A stretch of DNA of 64,000 bases from an uncultured Chloroflexia bacterium (GTDB lineage: Bacteria; Chloroflexota; Limnocylindria; Limnocylindrales; CSP1-4). The notes under the pieces are model-generated. The model did not search any database. It saw nothing but the letters and a program-made list of their open reading frames with translations, and had not been told where the DNA came from. The position numbers and the translations under genes were made by a program. Shown here piece after piece: positions 41,416-51,680 of this stretch. The stretch spans positions 32,001 through 96,000 of the forward strand of contig CAVVNQ010000002.1 in NCBI GenBank assembly GCA_963749705.1, given 5' to 3'. The stretch's first letter is position 1. Every line of letters begins with the position of its first letter.

Positions 41416-42330
41416 ATGACCATCGCGCGATCCCTGCGTGCACACCTGCGGCCGGTGCTTGCCGCCGCGCTTCTCGCCGGCGCGCTCGTCGGCGTGGTCG
41501 CGGTGTGGGGCAACGCGTTCGGGGCGGGTGACAGGTTTGCGTCGCTGGCCCGGCGGATCGAGCTCATCATCGATCCGCCGCCGGACCGCCCGATCGAGGC
41601 GATCGTCCACGTGACGCCGATCCCGAGCCTGGTCCCGACGCCCGCCCCGACCGCCACCGCCAGCCCCGATCCCTCGATCGCGACCCCGACGCCATCGCCG
41701 ACGGCGGTGCCCCGGATCAACGTTGACGTGAATCTGCTGACCGATCCGGAGGCGTATTTCATCACCGAGATCGACAACGAATGGTGTGCGGTTTCAGGTG
41801 TCCAGATCGTCCTCGCGATTCATCACAAGGTTGCCCTTACGAAGGCGGTCCAGAAGGAGATTGCATCGAGGATCGGCGAATGGGAGAGCCGTCGCGACAG
41901 CCTGAACGGCGGCTGGGGTCCCGCCGCGATCGCCGCCGCCCTGGATGCGTATGGCGTTCCCGGATACCAGGTCCGTGCCTATGACACGCGCGCCGATGCG
42001 CTGCGCGACGCCGCGAAGACGATCTCCGAGCTGCACGCTCCGGTCCTGCTCCTGGCCTGGAAGGGCGCGCACACGTGGGTCATGACCGGCTACCGCGCAA
42101 ACGCCGACCCGACGATCTTCGATGATGCGAAGGTGACCGGGGCATACATCCTCGACCCCTGGTTTCCGCGGATCTCCAGCATCTGGGGCCCGTCCGATCC
42201 GCCGGGGACGTTCCAGGACGCCGCCGAGATGACCCGGAACTACCTGCCGTGGAAGCGCCCGGAGGGCCACTACCCGGATCGCGACGGGCTGTACATCGCG
42301 GTCGTGCCGACCATCCCGCTCGATCGCTGA
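41416..42330 (+). CDS. Membrane-anchored papain-fold (C39-like) peptidase domain protein
   Basis: N-terminal TM, PT linker, WCAVSGVQ...AHTWVMTGY...ILDPW (Cys-His-Asp). Confidence 0.7.
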   Translation: MTIARSLRAHLRPVLAAALLAGALVGVVAVWGNAFGAGDRFASLARRIELIIDPPPDRPIEAIVHVTPIPSLVPTPAPTATASPDPSIATPTPSPTAVPRINVDVNLLTDPEAYFITEIDNEWCAVSGVQIVLAIHHKVALTKAVQKEIASRIGEWESRRDSLNGGWGPAAIAAALDAYGVPGYQVRAYDTRADALRDAAKTISELHAPVLLLAWKGAHTWVMTGYRANADPTIFDDAKVTGAYILDPWFPRISSIWGPSDPPGTFQDAAEMTRNYLPWKRPEGHYPDRDGLYIAVVPTIPLDR

Positions 42331-42347
42331 TCGCTGCCGCGCGTCGG

Positions 42348-43709
42348 TCAGGCTGCCTCGAGGCGGGTCGGCCCATCGCCCGCGACGGGCTCGCGGAGCC
42401 GGTGGACGAGGGACGCGCCCAGCAGGAGCATCTTGAGCGCCGTTCCAGAGGCGAAGCCCAGCGGGATCGCCACGATGCCCAGCCCGCCGACGAGCAGCAG
42501 GGTCGACACCACGGTGAGGGCGAACCCGGCCAGCGACGCGCCGACCGGCAGGATCGTGTTGTGGGTCGCATACACGGCGCGTGCCAGCAGATGGCTGAGC
42601 GCATCGAACGGGATGGCGAGCGCGAATGCGGCCAGCACCGTCGAGGTCAGGCGCACGTCCTCGGCATCGAACGCCCCGCCGCCCAGGAACAGGTCGATGG
42701 CCAGCGGACCCACCACGACCAGGCCCACGGCCGCGAGCAGGGTCAGGCCGCCGATCGTTGCCAGGTTCGTGCGCACGAGCGCGAGGAACGCCGGGCGGTC
42801 GCCTGCCGCCCAGGCCGCCGACAGGGCCGGAAAGGCGGCGAGCGAGAACGCCACACCCACCAGCGACACCGGAACGCTCTGGAAGTTTCGGGCGAAGCTG
42901 ACGGCGGTCACGCTTCCTGCGGCGAGGGTCGTGGCGACCGAGGTGAAGAACAGGAACGTCAGCGGCTCCAGCGGGTGGCTCGCCATCTTGGGCAGCATCA
43001 GGCGCACGAACTCGCGGACCGCAGGCATCCGGATGTCGAGCCGGGGCCGTAGCCGGATCGGCGTGCGCGTGATCCCGACGACCCTGATTGCGAGGTGCAG
43101 CAGCGCTCCGGCGATTGCGCCCACGGCGGCGGCGCGGATCCCCATCGTGCCCTGGAGCAGGATCGTCCCACCGGCGATCCCGGCGTTGTACAGGATCGGA
43201 GCGAGCGCGTAGTACATGAACCGGCGCTCGGCGATCAGGACCTCGCCCAGGGTGATCGAAGCGGCGAACAGGATCGGCGTCAGCAGCATCAGCCGGAACA
43301 GCTCGAGATACCGCTCGCGCCCCGCGGCGTCGAAGCCCGGGGCCACGACGCTCACCGTCCAGGGCGCCGCAACGAGCAGGACGAGGCAACCGACGCCCAT
43401 CACCAGCACGGCGAGGGTGAGCACCGTCTGGGCGAATCGTGCCGCCTGCTCGAGATCCTTTCGCCGCAACGAGCTGAACACCGGCACGAACGGCGCGGTG
43501 AGTCCGCCCGCGACCAGCACGTCAAGGGCAAGCTCCGGGAGGACGAAGGCGGCGTTGTACGCGTCGAGCTCGGGTCCCGCCCCGAACGTGCGGGCGAACA
43601 CCCGGTCGCGCGCGAGGCCCATGGCGTAGCTCACGAACGTCAGCACGGACAGGAGCAGCGCGCCCTGGGGCACGAAGCGCGCAAGCCACTGGCGGACGAG
43701 CGTGATCAC
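42348..43709 (-). CDS. murJ: Lipid II flippase MurJ/MviN
   Basis: GLARDRVFARTFGAG.ELDAYNAAF..PE, FVPVF, YATHNT..P; GTG 43709 with RBS GAGGGAGG. Confidence 0.9.
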   Translation of the reverse strand: MITLVRQWLARFVPQGALLLSVLTFVSYAMGLARDRVFARTFGAGPELDAYNAAFVLPELALDVLVAGGLTAPFVPVFSSLRRKDLEQAARFAQTVLTLAVLVMGVGCLVLLVAAPWTVSVVAPGFDAAGRERYLELFRLMLLTPILFAASITLGEVLIAERRFMYYALAPILYNAGIAGGTILLQGTMGIRAAAVGAIAGALLHLAIRVVGITRTPIRLRPRLDIRMPAVREFVRLMLPKMASHPLEPLTFLFFTSVATTLAAGSVTAVSFARNFQSVPVSLVGVAFSLAAFPALSAAWAAGDRPAFLALVRTNLATIGGLTLLAAVGLVVVGPLAIDLFLGGGAFDAEDVRLTSTVLAAFALAIPFDALSHLLARAVYATHNTILPVGASLAGFALTVVSTLLLVGGLGIVAIPLGFASGTALKMLLLGASLVHRLREPVAGDGPTRLEAA

Positions 43710-44006
43710 CAGCCCTCCCTCGGCCGCGGGGTGCGACCCGAAACACCTGACGTGCGGGCCTGCGCCGCAGCGACGGTACTCCACGCGTTCCAGGTCGTCG
43801 ATCGCGGCGGGGCACCGACCGTGTTGTCCCGGCGCACCGGTCAGCACCCGATCCGATCGCCCGGCCCGCCGTGTCACCTCACCCGACACGACCCATCGGC
43901 ACCGGAGCACAAGCGCGACCAGGACGGACGTCACGGCGCCGGATAGGACCACATGTTGCCAGGGGGCGTCGGGATGCCGTTGCGGGACAGCACATAGGTC
44001 CATCGT

Positions 44007-44030
44007 GCGGTGGTACCCGCGTACCACCGC
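44007..44030. promoter_or_regulatory. 10-bp perfect inverted repeat upstream of the surface-protein gene
   Basis: GCGGTGGTAC-CCGC-GTACCACCGC, extendable by GTCCA/TGGAC. Confidence 0.5.
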
Positions 44031-44107
44031 GTGGACTCTGGACCTGCGCTCCAGGGAGCGTCGCGCCGTCCGATGGTCGGGCGGGCCAGCACACCGGGGG
44101 TGCTGAC

Positions 44108-45634
44108 ATGACGATCGCGACACCACAGCGGAGGATGGTCTCGGCCGCATTGGCCGCTGCCGTCACCCTTGTCCTCATGCCGTTCGTGCCGCCGGTCGTG
44201 GCGGCGCAGCCGGCAGATCCGATCCTCGATGTCGAGGTCGATGTCGACACGGTCTCCGTTGGATCGACCGTCGAGCTCACCGCATCGGTGTATCTCGCGG
44301 ACGGCACCCTGATGACCGGACCGAGCAGCAACACGCAGGTGCGCTTCTACTTCGCAACCGGCAGCGCCAATGCCCCGGCGGGAAACGGGGGAGGGTCCGA
44401 TCTCCAGTGTCATACCGGTCTCCTGGGTACCTGTGTCGTGACCTATGTCGCCGCCAATGCCGGAACCGACGTGATCTGCGCGACGGCGGCCGGGCCGGGC
44501 GACTGCGCCGAGGCGGTCGATGCCCCGGAGATGGTCGACGCGTACGACGCGGTCGAGCGGACGGTCATCGACGGGCTTGCGGGGCCCGATCCGACGCCCA
44601 GCCCGGATCCCGCGCCGACGCCCAGCGCGGATCCCACGCCGACCCCGAGCCCGGACCCCACGCCGACGCCGACGCCGACGCCGACGCCCAGCCCGGACCC
44701 CACGCCGACCCCGAGCCCGGACCTCACGCCGGCGCCGACGCCCAGCCCGGACCCCACGCCGACCCCGACGCCAAGCCCGGATCCCACGCTGGCGCCGACG
44801 CCAAGCACCGAGCCCACGCCGACCCCGAGCGCGGTGGCCACGCCGACGCCCAGCCCGGATCCCACGACGACGCCCCGCCCGGACCCCACGCCGACGCCGA
44901 CGTCGAGCACAGCACCCACACTGACGCCAAGCCCGGCGGCCACACCGACGCCAAGCCCGGCGGCCACACCGACGCCGAGCGCGGACCGCACGCCGGCTCC
45001 GGGCGCCAATGAGCCGGCGGCCCCGACGCCCACGCCCAGCCCAGATCCGACGCCCACGCCCACCGTGGCCCCGACCCCCACGCCGAGCCCCGACCCCAAG
45101 CCGACTCCGGCTGCCACTGCGCCGACCGCTCCCACGCCGAGTCCTGCGTCGATCCCGACCACGGAGCCGTCACCCAGCGTCGATCCCTCGCCCAGCCAGG
45201 GTGACGCACCGGTCGCGTCCCCGAGTCCGACGCCGTCGGCCGACCCGACGCCGTCGGCCGACCCGACGGCGGATCCCAGCCCGACGCCCGAGCCGCTCGT
45301 CGCCGTCGTCAGTTCCGGCGACTCGGACAGCGGACGCGGCCATCCGTCCGCGGACCCCGGCGTGGTCACGCCGCGAGCCGGGATCGCCTCAGGTCCGTCG
45401 GAAGGTGTCGTCGAGTCGGTCGTCGGGTTCGCTCAGCAGAGCGCCGGCCTGATCATCCGGCCGGAGGCGGCGGCCGTGGTTGCATCGGGCTTCGGGTTCC
45501 CGATCCTGCTCGCAGCCCTCGTGCTCGCGTTCCTGCTCATCCAGCCGCAATTCGACGATCGCGACCCGAAGCTGCGTCGCGCGCCCGGGCGCACCGGTGA
45601 CCTGTTGGTCGCATATGAGGACGATCTCCGATGA
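44108..45634 (+). CDS. Exported protein: Ig-like head, long Pro/Thr stalk, C-terminal TM and DDRDPKL tail
   Basis: Signal peptide, four-Cys beta-rich domain, PTPSPDPT repeats, [31 protein letters not shown]. Confidence 0.8.
   Translation: MTIATPQRRMVSAALAAAVTLVLMPFVPPVVAAQPADPILDVEVDVDTVSVGSTVELTASVYLADGTLMTGPSSNTQVRFYFATGSANAPAGNGGGSDLQCHTGLLGTCVVTYVAANAGTDVICATAAGPGDCAEAVDAPEMVDAYDAVERTVIDGLAGPDPTPSPDPAPTPSADPTPTPSPDPTPTPTPTPTPSPDPTPTPSPDLTPAPTPSPDPTPTPTPSPDPTLAPTPSTEPTPTPSAVATPTPSPDPTTTPRPDPTPTPTSSTAPTLTPSPAATPTPSPAATPTPSADRTPAPGANEPAAPTPTPSPDPTPTPTVAPTPTPSPDPKPTPAATAPTAPTPSPASIPTTEPSPSVDPSPSQGDAPVASPSPTPSADPTPSADPTADPSPTPEPLVAVVSSGDSDSGRGHPSADPGVVTPRAGIASGPSEGVVESVVGFAQQSAGLIIRPEAAAVVASGFGFPILLAALVLAFLLIQPQFDDRDPKLRRAPGRTGDLLVAYEDDLR
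44585..45290 (+). repeat. Low-complexity intragenic Pro-Thr-Ser-Asp repeat
   Basis: Many degenerate CCGACGCCCAGCCCGGAYCCC units. Confidence 0.85.
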
Positions 45635-48102
45635 TTGCCGAACGCGTGCGCACCGACTACGCGGCCCTCGCTGACCGGCTGCGGTACCTGCTCCTGCTGC
45701 GGTTCGCCCTCGGCGCGATCGCCATCGGGTTCGGGCTTGCCAGCCCGTCGACGCTCGGCGTTCCGCTCGGCGCCCTGGCGACGGTGACGATCGGATACTT
45801 CGCCCTGGCGCTGGCATTCGGGTGGCTGGGCCACCGCGCACCGGACACGGCATTCGCGACGATGACGACGATGCTCCTCGTGGACGGCCTGTACCTTGCC
45901 GCGGCGATGTATGGCACGGGCGGCACGGAAAGCCCGATGCGGTTCCTCGTCTACCTCCACCTGGTGGCGGTGTCGCTGCTGGCGTCCTACCGCACCGGGC
46001 TCAAGATCGCGCTGTGGCACTCCCTGCTCCTGTTCGTCGTGCTCTACGCCCAGGCCGCGGGGATGCTGCCGCCCGTGGACGTGCTGCCGGGCGGGTCGGT
46101 GCCGATGGACGGCGCCCCGGCGCTCAGCGTCACCGCGTTCTGGCTGTTCGCGCTCGCCACATCCGTGTTCTCCGCGATGAACGAGCGAGAGCTGCGCCAG
46201 CGGCGCGCCGACCTCGAGGCGCTGGTCGCCATGGGGGCACAGCTCGACGACGAAGGCGACCCCATCCATCAGGCGCGGATCGTGCTCGAGTCCCTCGTCG
46301 ACCGCTACGGGTTTCCGCGCAGCGTGGTGCTGGGCGTGGCCGACGAGCGCCTGGTGGCGCTGGGCGTCCATGGTGTCGACCATCCCGTCCCCGGCGATCC
46401 CCTGGACATCGATCCGATCGTCCGGCGGGCATGGGCGGCCCGGGTGCCCCTTGCCCTCCGCCGCCTCGATCGGATCCAGGACCCGGTCCTCGCGCAGCTG
46501 CTGCCCGATGCCACGCGGGTGATCGTGGCGCCGATGGTCGCCGACGGACGCCCCATCGGGGTGATCGCGGTCGAGCACCGCGGCGGCCGGCTCGCCGGGA
46601 TCGAGCGGCGCGTGATCGGCGTCGTGGCCCAGGTGGCGGCGATCGCCGCGCTGAACCTTCGGAACGCGGTCCTGCTCCAGCGGGTGCAGGAGCTCGCAGA
46701 TCGGGATGCGCTGACCGGGGCCGCCAACCGCCATTCGTTCCAGGCGACCCTCGAGCGCGTGATCGACGTGCCGAGCGTCGCCGGGGGCCAGGTCTCTGCG
46801 GTCCTGTTCATCGACCTCGACGACTTCAAGATCGTCAACGACACGCTGGGCCACTCCGCGGGTGACGAGCTGCTGGTCGCGGTGACGCAGCGGATCTCGG
46901 CGCTCGTCCGGGATGGCGATCTGGTCGCCCGCCTCGGCGGCGACGAGTTCGCGGTGCTGACGCAGGACCTGCCGGACCTCCGGAAGTCACGAGCCATGGC
47001 CGAGCGGCTCGTCCGCGAGCTGCGGGCGCCGTATCTGATCGGCAGCCACCCCGTCTCGATCTCGGCCAGCATCGGGATCGCCGGGGCGCGCGACGCGGTC
47101 GATGGTGCCGTCGACATGGTTCGCAACGCGGACACGGCGATGTACATGGCCAAGGCCGGCGGCAAGTCCAGCTTCGCCGTGTTCGACCCGGGGATGCACC
47201 AGGCGATCCGGGAGCGCCACGAGCTCGCGATGGAGCTCCAGCAGGCGGTCGAGCTCGACCAGCTCCAGCTGCGGTACCAGCCGATCATGGACCTCGGCAC
47301 GGGCCGGCTTGCCGGCGTCGAGGCGCTGGTCCGGTGGCGTCACCCCGAGCGCGGCCTGATCCAGCCCGGCCAGTTCATCGAGATCGCGGAGGAGCACGGC
47401 TCCATCCTGCCGATCGGCCGCTGGGTCCTGCGGGAGGCATGCCGCCAGACGGCCGTCTGGCTGGAGCAGGGTGCGATGCCGAGCGACATGTTCGTCGGCG
47501 TCAATGTCTCGGCGCGCGAGGTCCAGGAGGCGGGGTTCGTGGACGGCGTCCGCGAGGCGCTGGGCGACCACGGCGTCGCGGCGACGCGGCTGATCATCGA
47601 GATCACGGAGACCGCGCTGCTGCGCGCAACCCCGTCGACGATCGCCACGCTGCAGGGCCTGCGCGATCTCGGCATCCGGGTGGTGATCGACGACTTCGGC
47701 ACCGGCTATTTCTCCCTGAGCCATCTCCGCCAGTTCCCGGTCGACGCGCTCAAGATCGCGAGCGAGTTCACGCAGGTCGGCGAATCCGAGGACGCGACCC
47801 GGACATCCGCCCTCGCGGCCGCGATCGTGGCGATGGCCCGGTCGCTGGGCATCGAGACGGTCGCCGAGGGAATCGAGACCCCGTTGCAGGCTGACCGGAT
47901 GCGCGAGCTGCAGTGCACCTACGGCCAGGGGTACTTCTTCGCCCACCCGTTGCTGCCCGAGGAGCTGGCGCCGATCGCACGCGCATCCGAGGAGGCGGCG
48001 GCCGCCGCCGCGGCGCTGGCCGAGGCAAGCCGGGTGAGCGGTCGGAGGCAGGGCCGGGGAGCTCAGGCTGTCCGGCCCGCGATGCAGGGCGGCGCCGCCT
48101 GA
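45631..48102 (+). CDS. Membrane-bound GAF-GGDEF-EAL diguanylate cyclase/phosphodiesterase
   Basis: About five N-terminal TM helices, GAF-like region, RxxD + GGDEF, EAL, DDFGTG, EGIE, QGY; ATGA overlap with the upstream gene. Confidence 0.95.
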   Translation: MIAERVRTDYAALADRLRYLLLLRFALGAIAIGFGLASPSTLGVPLGALATVTIGYFALALAFGWLGHRAPDTAFATMTTMLLVDGLYLAAAMYGTGGTESPMRFLVYLHLVAVSLLASYRTGLKIALWHSLLLFVVLYAQAAGMLPPVDVLPGGSVPMDGAPALSVTAFWLFALATSVFSAMNERELRQRRADLEALVAMGAQLDDEGDPIHQARIVLESLVDRYGFPRSVVLGVADERLVALGVHGVDHPVPGDPLDIDPIVRRAWAARVPLALRRLDRIQDPVLAQLLPDATRVIVAPMVADGRPIGVIAVEHRGGRLAGIERRVIGVVAQVAAIAALNLRNAVLLQRVQELADRDALTGAANRHSFQATLERVIDVPSVAGGQVSAVLFIDLDDFKIVNDTLGHSAGDELLVAVTQRISALVRDGDLVARLGGDEFAVLTQDLPDLRKSRAMAERLVRELRAPYLIGSHPVSISASIGIAGARDAVDGAVDMVRNADTAMYMAKAGGKSSFAVFDPGMHQAIRERHELAMELQQAVELDQLQLRYQPIMDLGTGRLAGVEALVRWRHPERGLIQPGQFIEIAEEHGSILPIGRWVLREACRQTAVWLEQGAMPSDMFVGVNVSAREVQEAGFVDGVREALGDHGVAATRLIIEITETALLRATPSTIATLQGLRDLGIRVVIDDFGTGYFSLSHLRQFPVDALKIASEFTQVGESEDATRTSALAAAIVAMARSLGIETVAEGIETPLQADRMRELQCTYGQGYFFAHPLLPEELAPIARASEEAAAAAAALAEASRVSGRRQGRGAQAVRPAMQGGAA

Positions 48103-48109
48103 GCCGGTC

Positions 48110-48775
48110 TCAGGCCGCGGTCGCCGTCCCGTCGTCGATCAGCAGCCGGGCCAGCGTGGCACCCAACCAGCGCTCGAACCGATCGTCGGTCCAGCCACGG
48201 TCGACCACGAGCAGGCGGTAGGTCTCGGGGCTCCCGATCGCGTGGAGGACGCCCGCGGCCATCTCGAGATCGAGGCCGCGCGGGACCGGCGCGTCGCCCA
48301 GGACGATCTCGAGCACCGCCCGCTGCATGGCGAGGCGGTCGCGACGAGCTCGCTCCCACAGTCCCGCGATCTCCGGATCGGCGCCGGCCGCCCCCCGCAC
48401 GACCTCGTCCACCGCCGCTCGACGGCGGACACTGGACGCGGTCTCGCGGGCCAGCCGGAGCAGCCGCCGGTGGAGGTCGGGCTCGGTGCGAAGGCGGCGC
48501 ACCCAGGCGCGTTCGAGGATCGGCGGCGCCTGGTCATCGCCGGTCGTGGTGACGCCGGCGAGCTCGGCAAGCAGCGCCCGCTTGGTTCCGAACGTCGCGT
48601 ACACCGTCTCCGGCGACACGCGCGCCCGGATCGCGATCGCGTCCACCGTGGTCGCCACGTAGCCGCGCTGGACGAACAGCTCGCGGGCTGCCTCGATCAC
48701 GGCTCGCCTGGTGGCCGCAGCCTGCTCACGGCGTCGGGGAGAGTGGTACCGTCGGCGACGGAGCGGCGTGGTCAT
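48110..48775 (-). CDS. TetR/AcrR family transcriptional regulator
   Basis: ARELFVQRGYVATTVDAIA.RARVSPETVYATFGTK HTH; TACGCT 6 nt before ATG. Confidence 0.93.
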   Translation of the reverse strand: MTTPLRRRRYHSPRRREQAAATRRAVIEAARELFVQRGYVATTVDAIAIRARVSPETVYATFGTKRALLAELAGVTTTGDDQAPPILERAWVRRLRTEPDLHRRLLRLARETASSVRRRAAVDEVVRGAAGADPEIAGLWERARRDRLAMQRAVLEIVLGDAPVPRGLDLEMAAGVLHAIGSPETYRLLVVDRGWTDDRFERWLGATLARLLIDDGTATAA

Positions 48776-48933
48776 GTGGCCAGCGTAGCACCGTATTCGT
48801 TACAGTGCTGCTGCCTCGAAATATCCGATGGAGCCGCAGCCCGTCGCAGGTTGTGACCCGATCCGCCCGCGCGACCACGCGCCACCCCCACGAGAATGAT
48901 GCGTCGTCGCCCCCGCAACGCCCACCGGGCCAG

Positions 48934-50463
<1,530 letters not shown>

Positions 50464-50485
50464 GGCCGGATGGTAGCCCCGTGGG

Positions 50486-50878
50486 CTAGCCGATCGACAC
50501 CACCTTGGCGACGTCGATCAGGATCCACAGCCCGAACAGGACGGTGAGCAGGATCGCGGCGATCCGGATGATGTCCTTGACGTCGCGCGCGACGTAGGCG
50601 TACTCCTGCTCCGCGCGGACGGCCAGGGCGCCGACGGGACCGGACTCGCGGGCGACCGACGGCTTGGCCCGGGCGCGCTCGCGCGCCTGTTCGGCGGCGC
50701 GCTCCTCGGCCAGCAGCTGTGCCTCGAGCTCGGCGGCGCGGGCGGTCTCGGCCTCGGTCAGGCCGCTGGGCCGCGGCGCGGCCGCGGGCGCCGCCTGCGG
50801 GGCGGTGGGGGGTGCGGCGCGTCGCGCGATAGGCCGACGCTGGCCGGGGCGGACGCTGCCGCGGGCGCGCTTCGCCAT
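50486..50878 (-). CDS. Hypothetical protein with C-terminal TM helix
   Basis: Basic N-terminus, helical middle region, EYAYVARDVKDI + TM. Confidence 0.75.
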   Translation of the reverse strand: MAKRARGSVRPGQRRPIARRAAPPTAPQAAPAAAPRPSGLTEAETARAAELEAQLLAEERAAEQARERARAKPSVARESGPVGALAVRAEQEYAYVARDVKDIIRIAAILLTVLFGLWILIDVAKVVSIG

Positions 50879-51035
50879 GTCGGGGTTCGGGCCTCCAGCT
50901 CTGGGCGGCGACCGCGAGAGGCGCCGTCGGCGGCAGAGGATACACCGGCTGGCCCGGTCACGGGCTCCGGGACGCTGCGGTACGTGGCCGGTGGGTGCCC
51001 CCTGCTAGACTCCGGCTGACCCCCCGGAGGAGCTC

Positions 51036-51557
51036 GTGGACGACCTGAATGCGCTCGTGGGCCCGAATATCGGCGCCGTCGTCCTGGCCCTGGCTGGGGC
51101 CTGCATCGTGCTCGCGGTCCTGGCGATCCTGCTTGTCCGTCGCAGCTCGCGCTTCGAACGCCGCCTTCAGGGTCTCACGCGCGGGGCCGAGGGCCAGAGC
51201 CTCGAGGCGATCCTCGACGCCCACCTCGACAAGGTCGACGCGGTGGCCAGGGACCTGGACGAGCTGACGGCCCGCGCCGCGATCATCGAATCCATCCAGC
51301 GACGCACGTTCCAGCGCGTCGGGCTGGTCCGGTTCAATCCCTACGAGGACACGGGCGGCAACCAGAGCTTCGCGCTCGCGGTCGTCGACGCGCAGGGAAA
51401 CGGCTTCGTCATCAGCAGCCTGCACGCCCGCGCCGGGACCCGGGTGTACGGGAAGTCGGTGTCCGCGGGCGGCTCGGAGTCGACCCTGTCGGGGGAGGAG
51501 ATGGAGGCGCTCCGGATCGCCATCTCGTCGGGAGCCGGTCCGGGCGCGGCGGGCTGA
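51036..51557 (+). CDS. DUF4446 family protein
   Basis: N-terminal TM; VGLVRFNPYEDTGGNQSFALA...GFVISSLHAR...YGK...LSGEE. Confidence 0.88.
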   Translation: MDDLNALVGPNIGAVVLALAGACIVLAVLAILLVRRSSRFERRLQGLTRGAEGQSLEAILDAHLDKVDAVARDLDELTARAAIIESIQRRTFQRVGLVRFNPYEDTGGNQSFALAVVDAQGNGFVISSLHARAGTRVYGKSVSAGGSESTLSGEEMEALRIAISSGAGPGAAG

Positions 51558-51680
51558 CATCGCTCGAACCGTGACACGCAAGCTGGCACGGGCCTGCGCG
51601 ACCCTGACGCCGTGCCCTCCGAGCGACGTCCCCGACAGCCCGTTTCCAGCCAGCCGGCCGAGCGCGGTGGCGCGCGTCGC

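Noticed and set aside
43702-44150. ORFs across the murJ/surface-protein intergenic region and N-terminal extensions of both genes
   Set aside because: Better starts with RBS-like sequences at 43709(-) and 44108(+); the extensions have no protein-like character
44443-45369. Antisense Gly-Val repeat ORF (elastin/silk-like), or a repeat array
   Set aside because: Mirror image of the Pro/Thr stalk on the plus strand, which has a signal peptide and TM anchor
48828-48899. 23-codon ORF divergent from tetR as its target gene
   Set aside because: No RBS or recognisable sequence; cannot be supported
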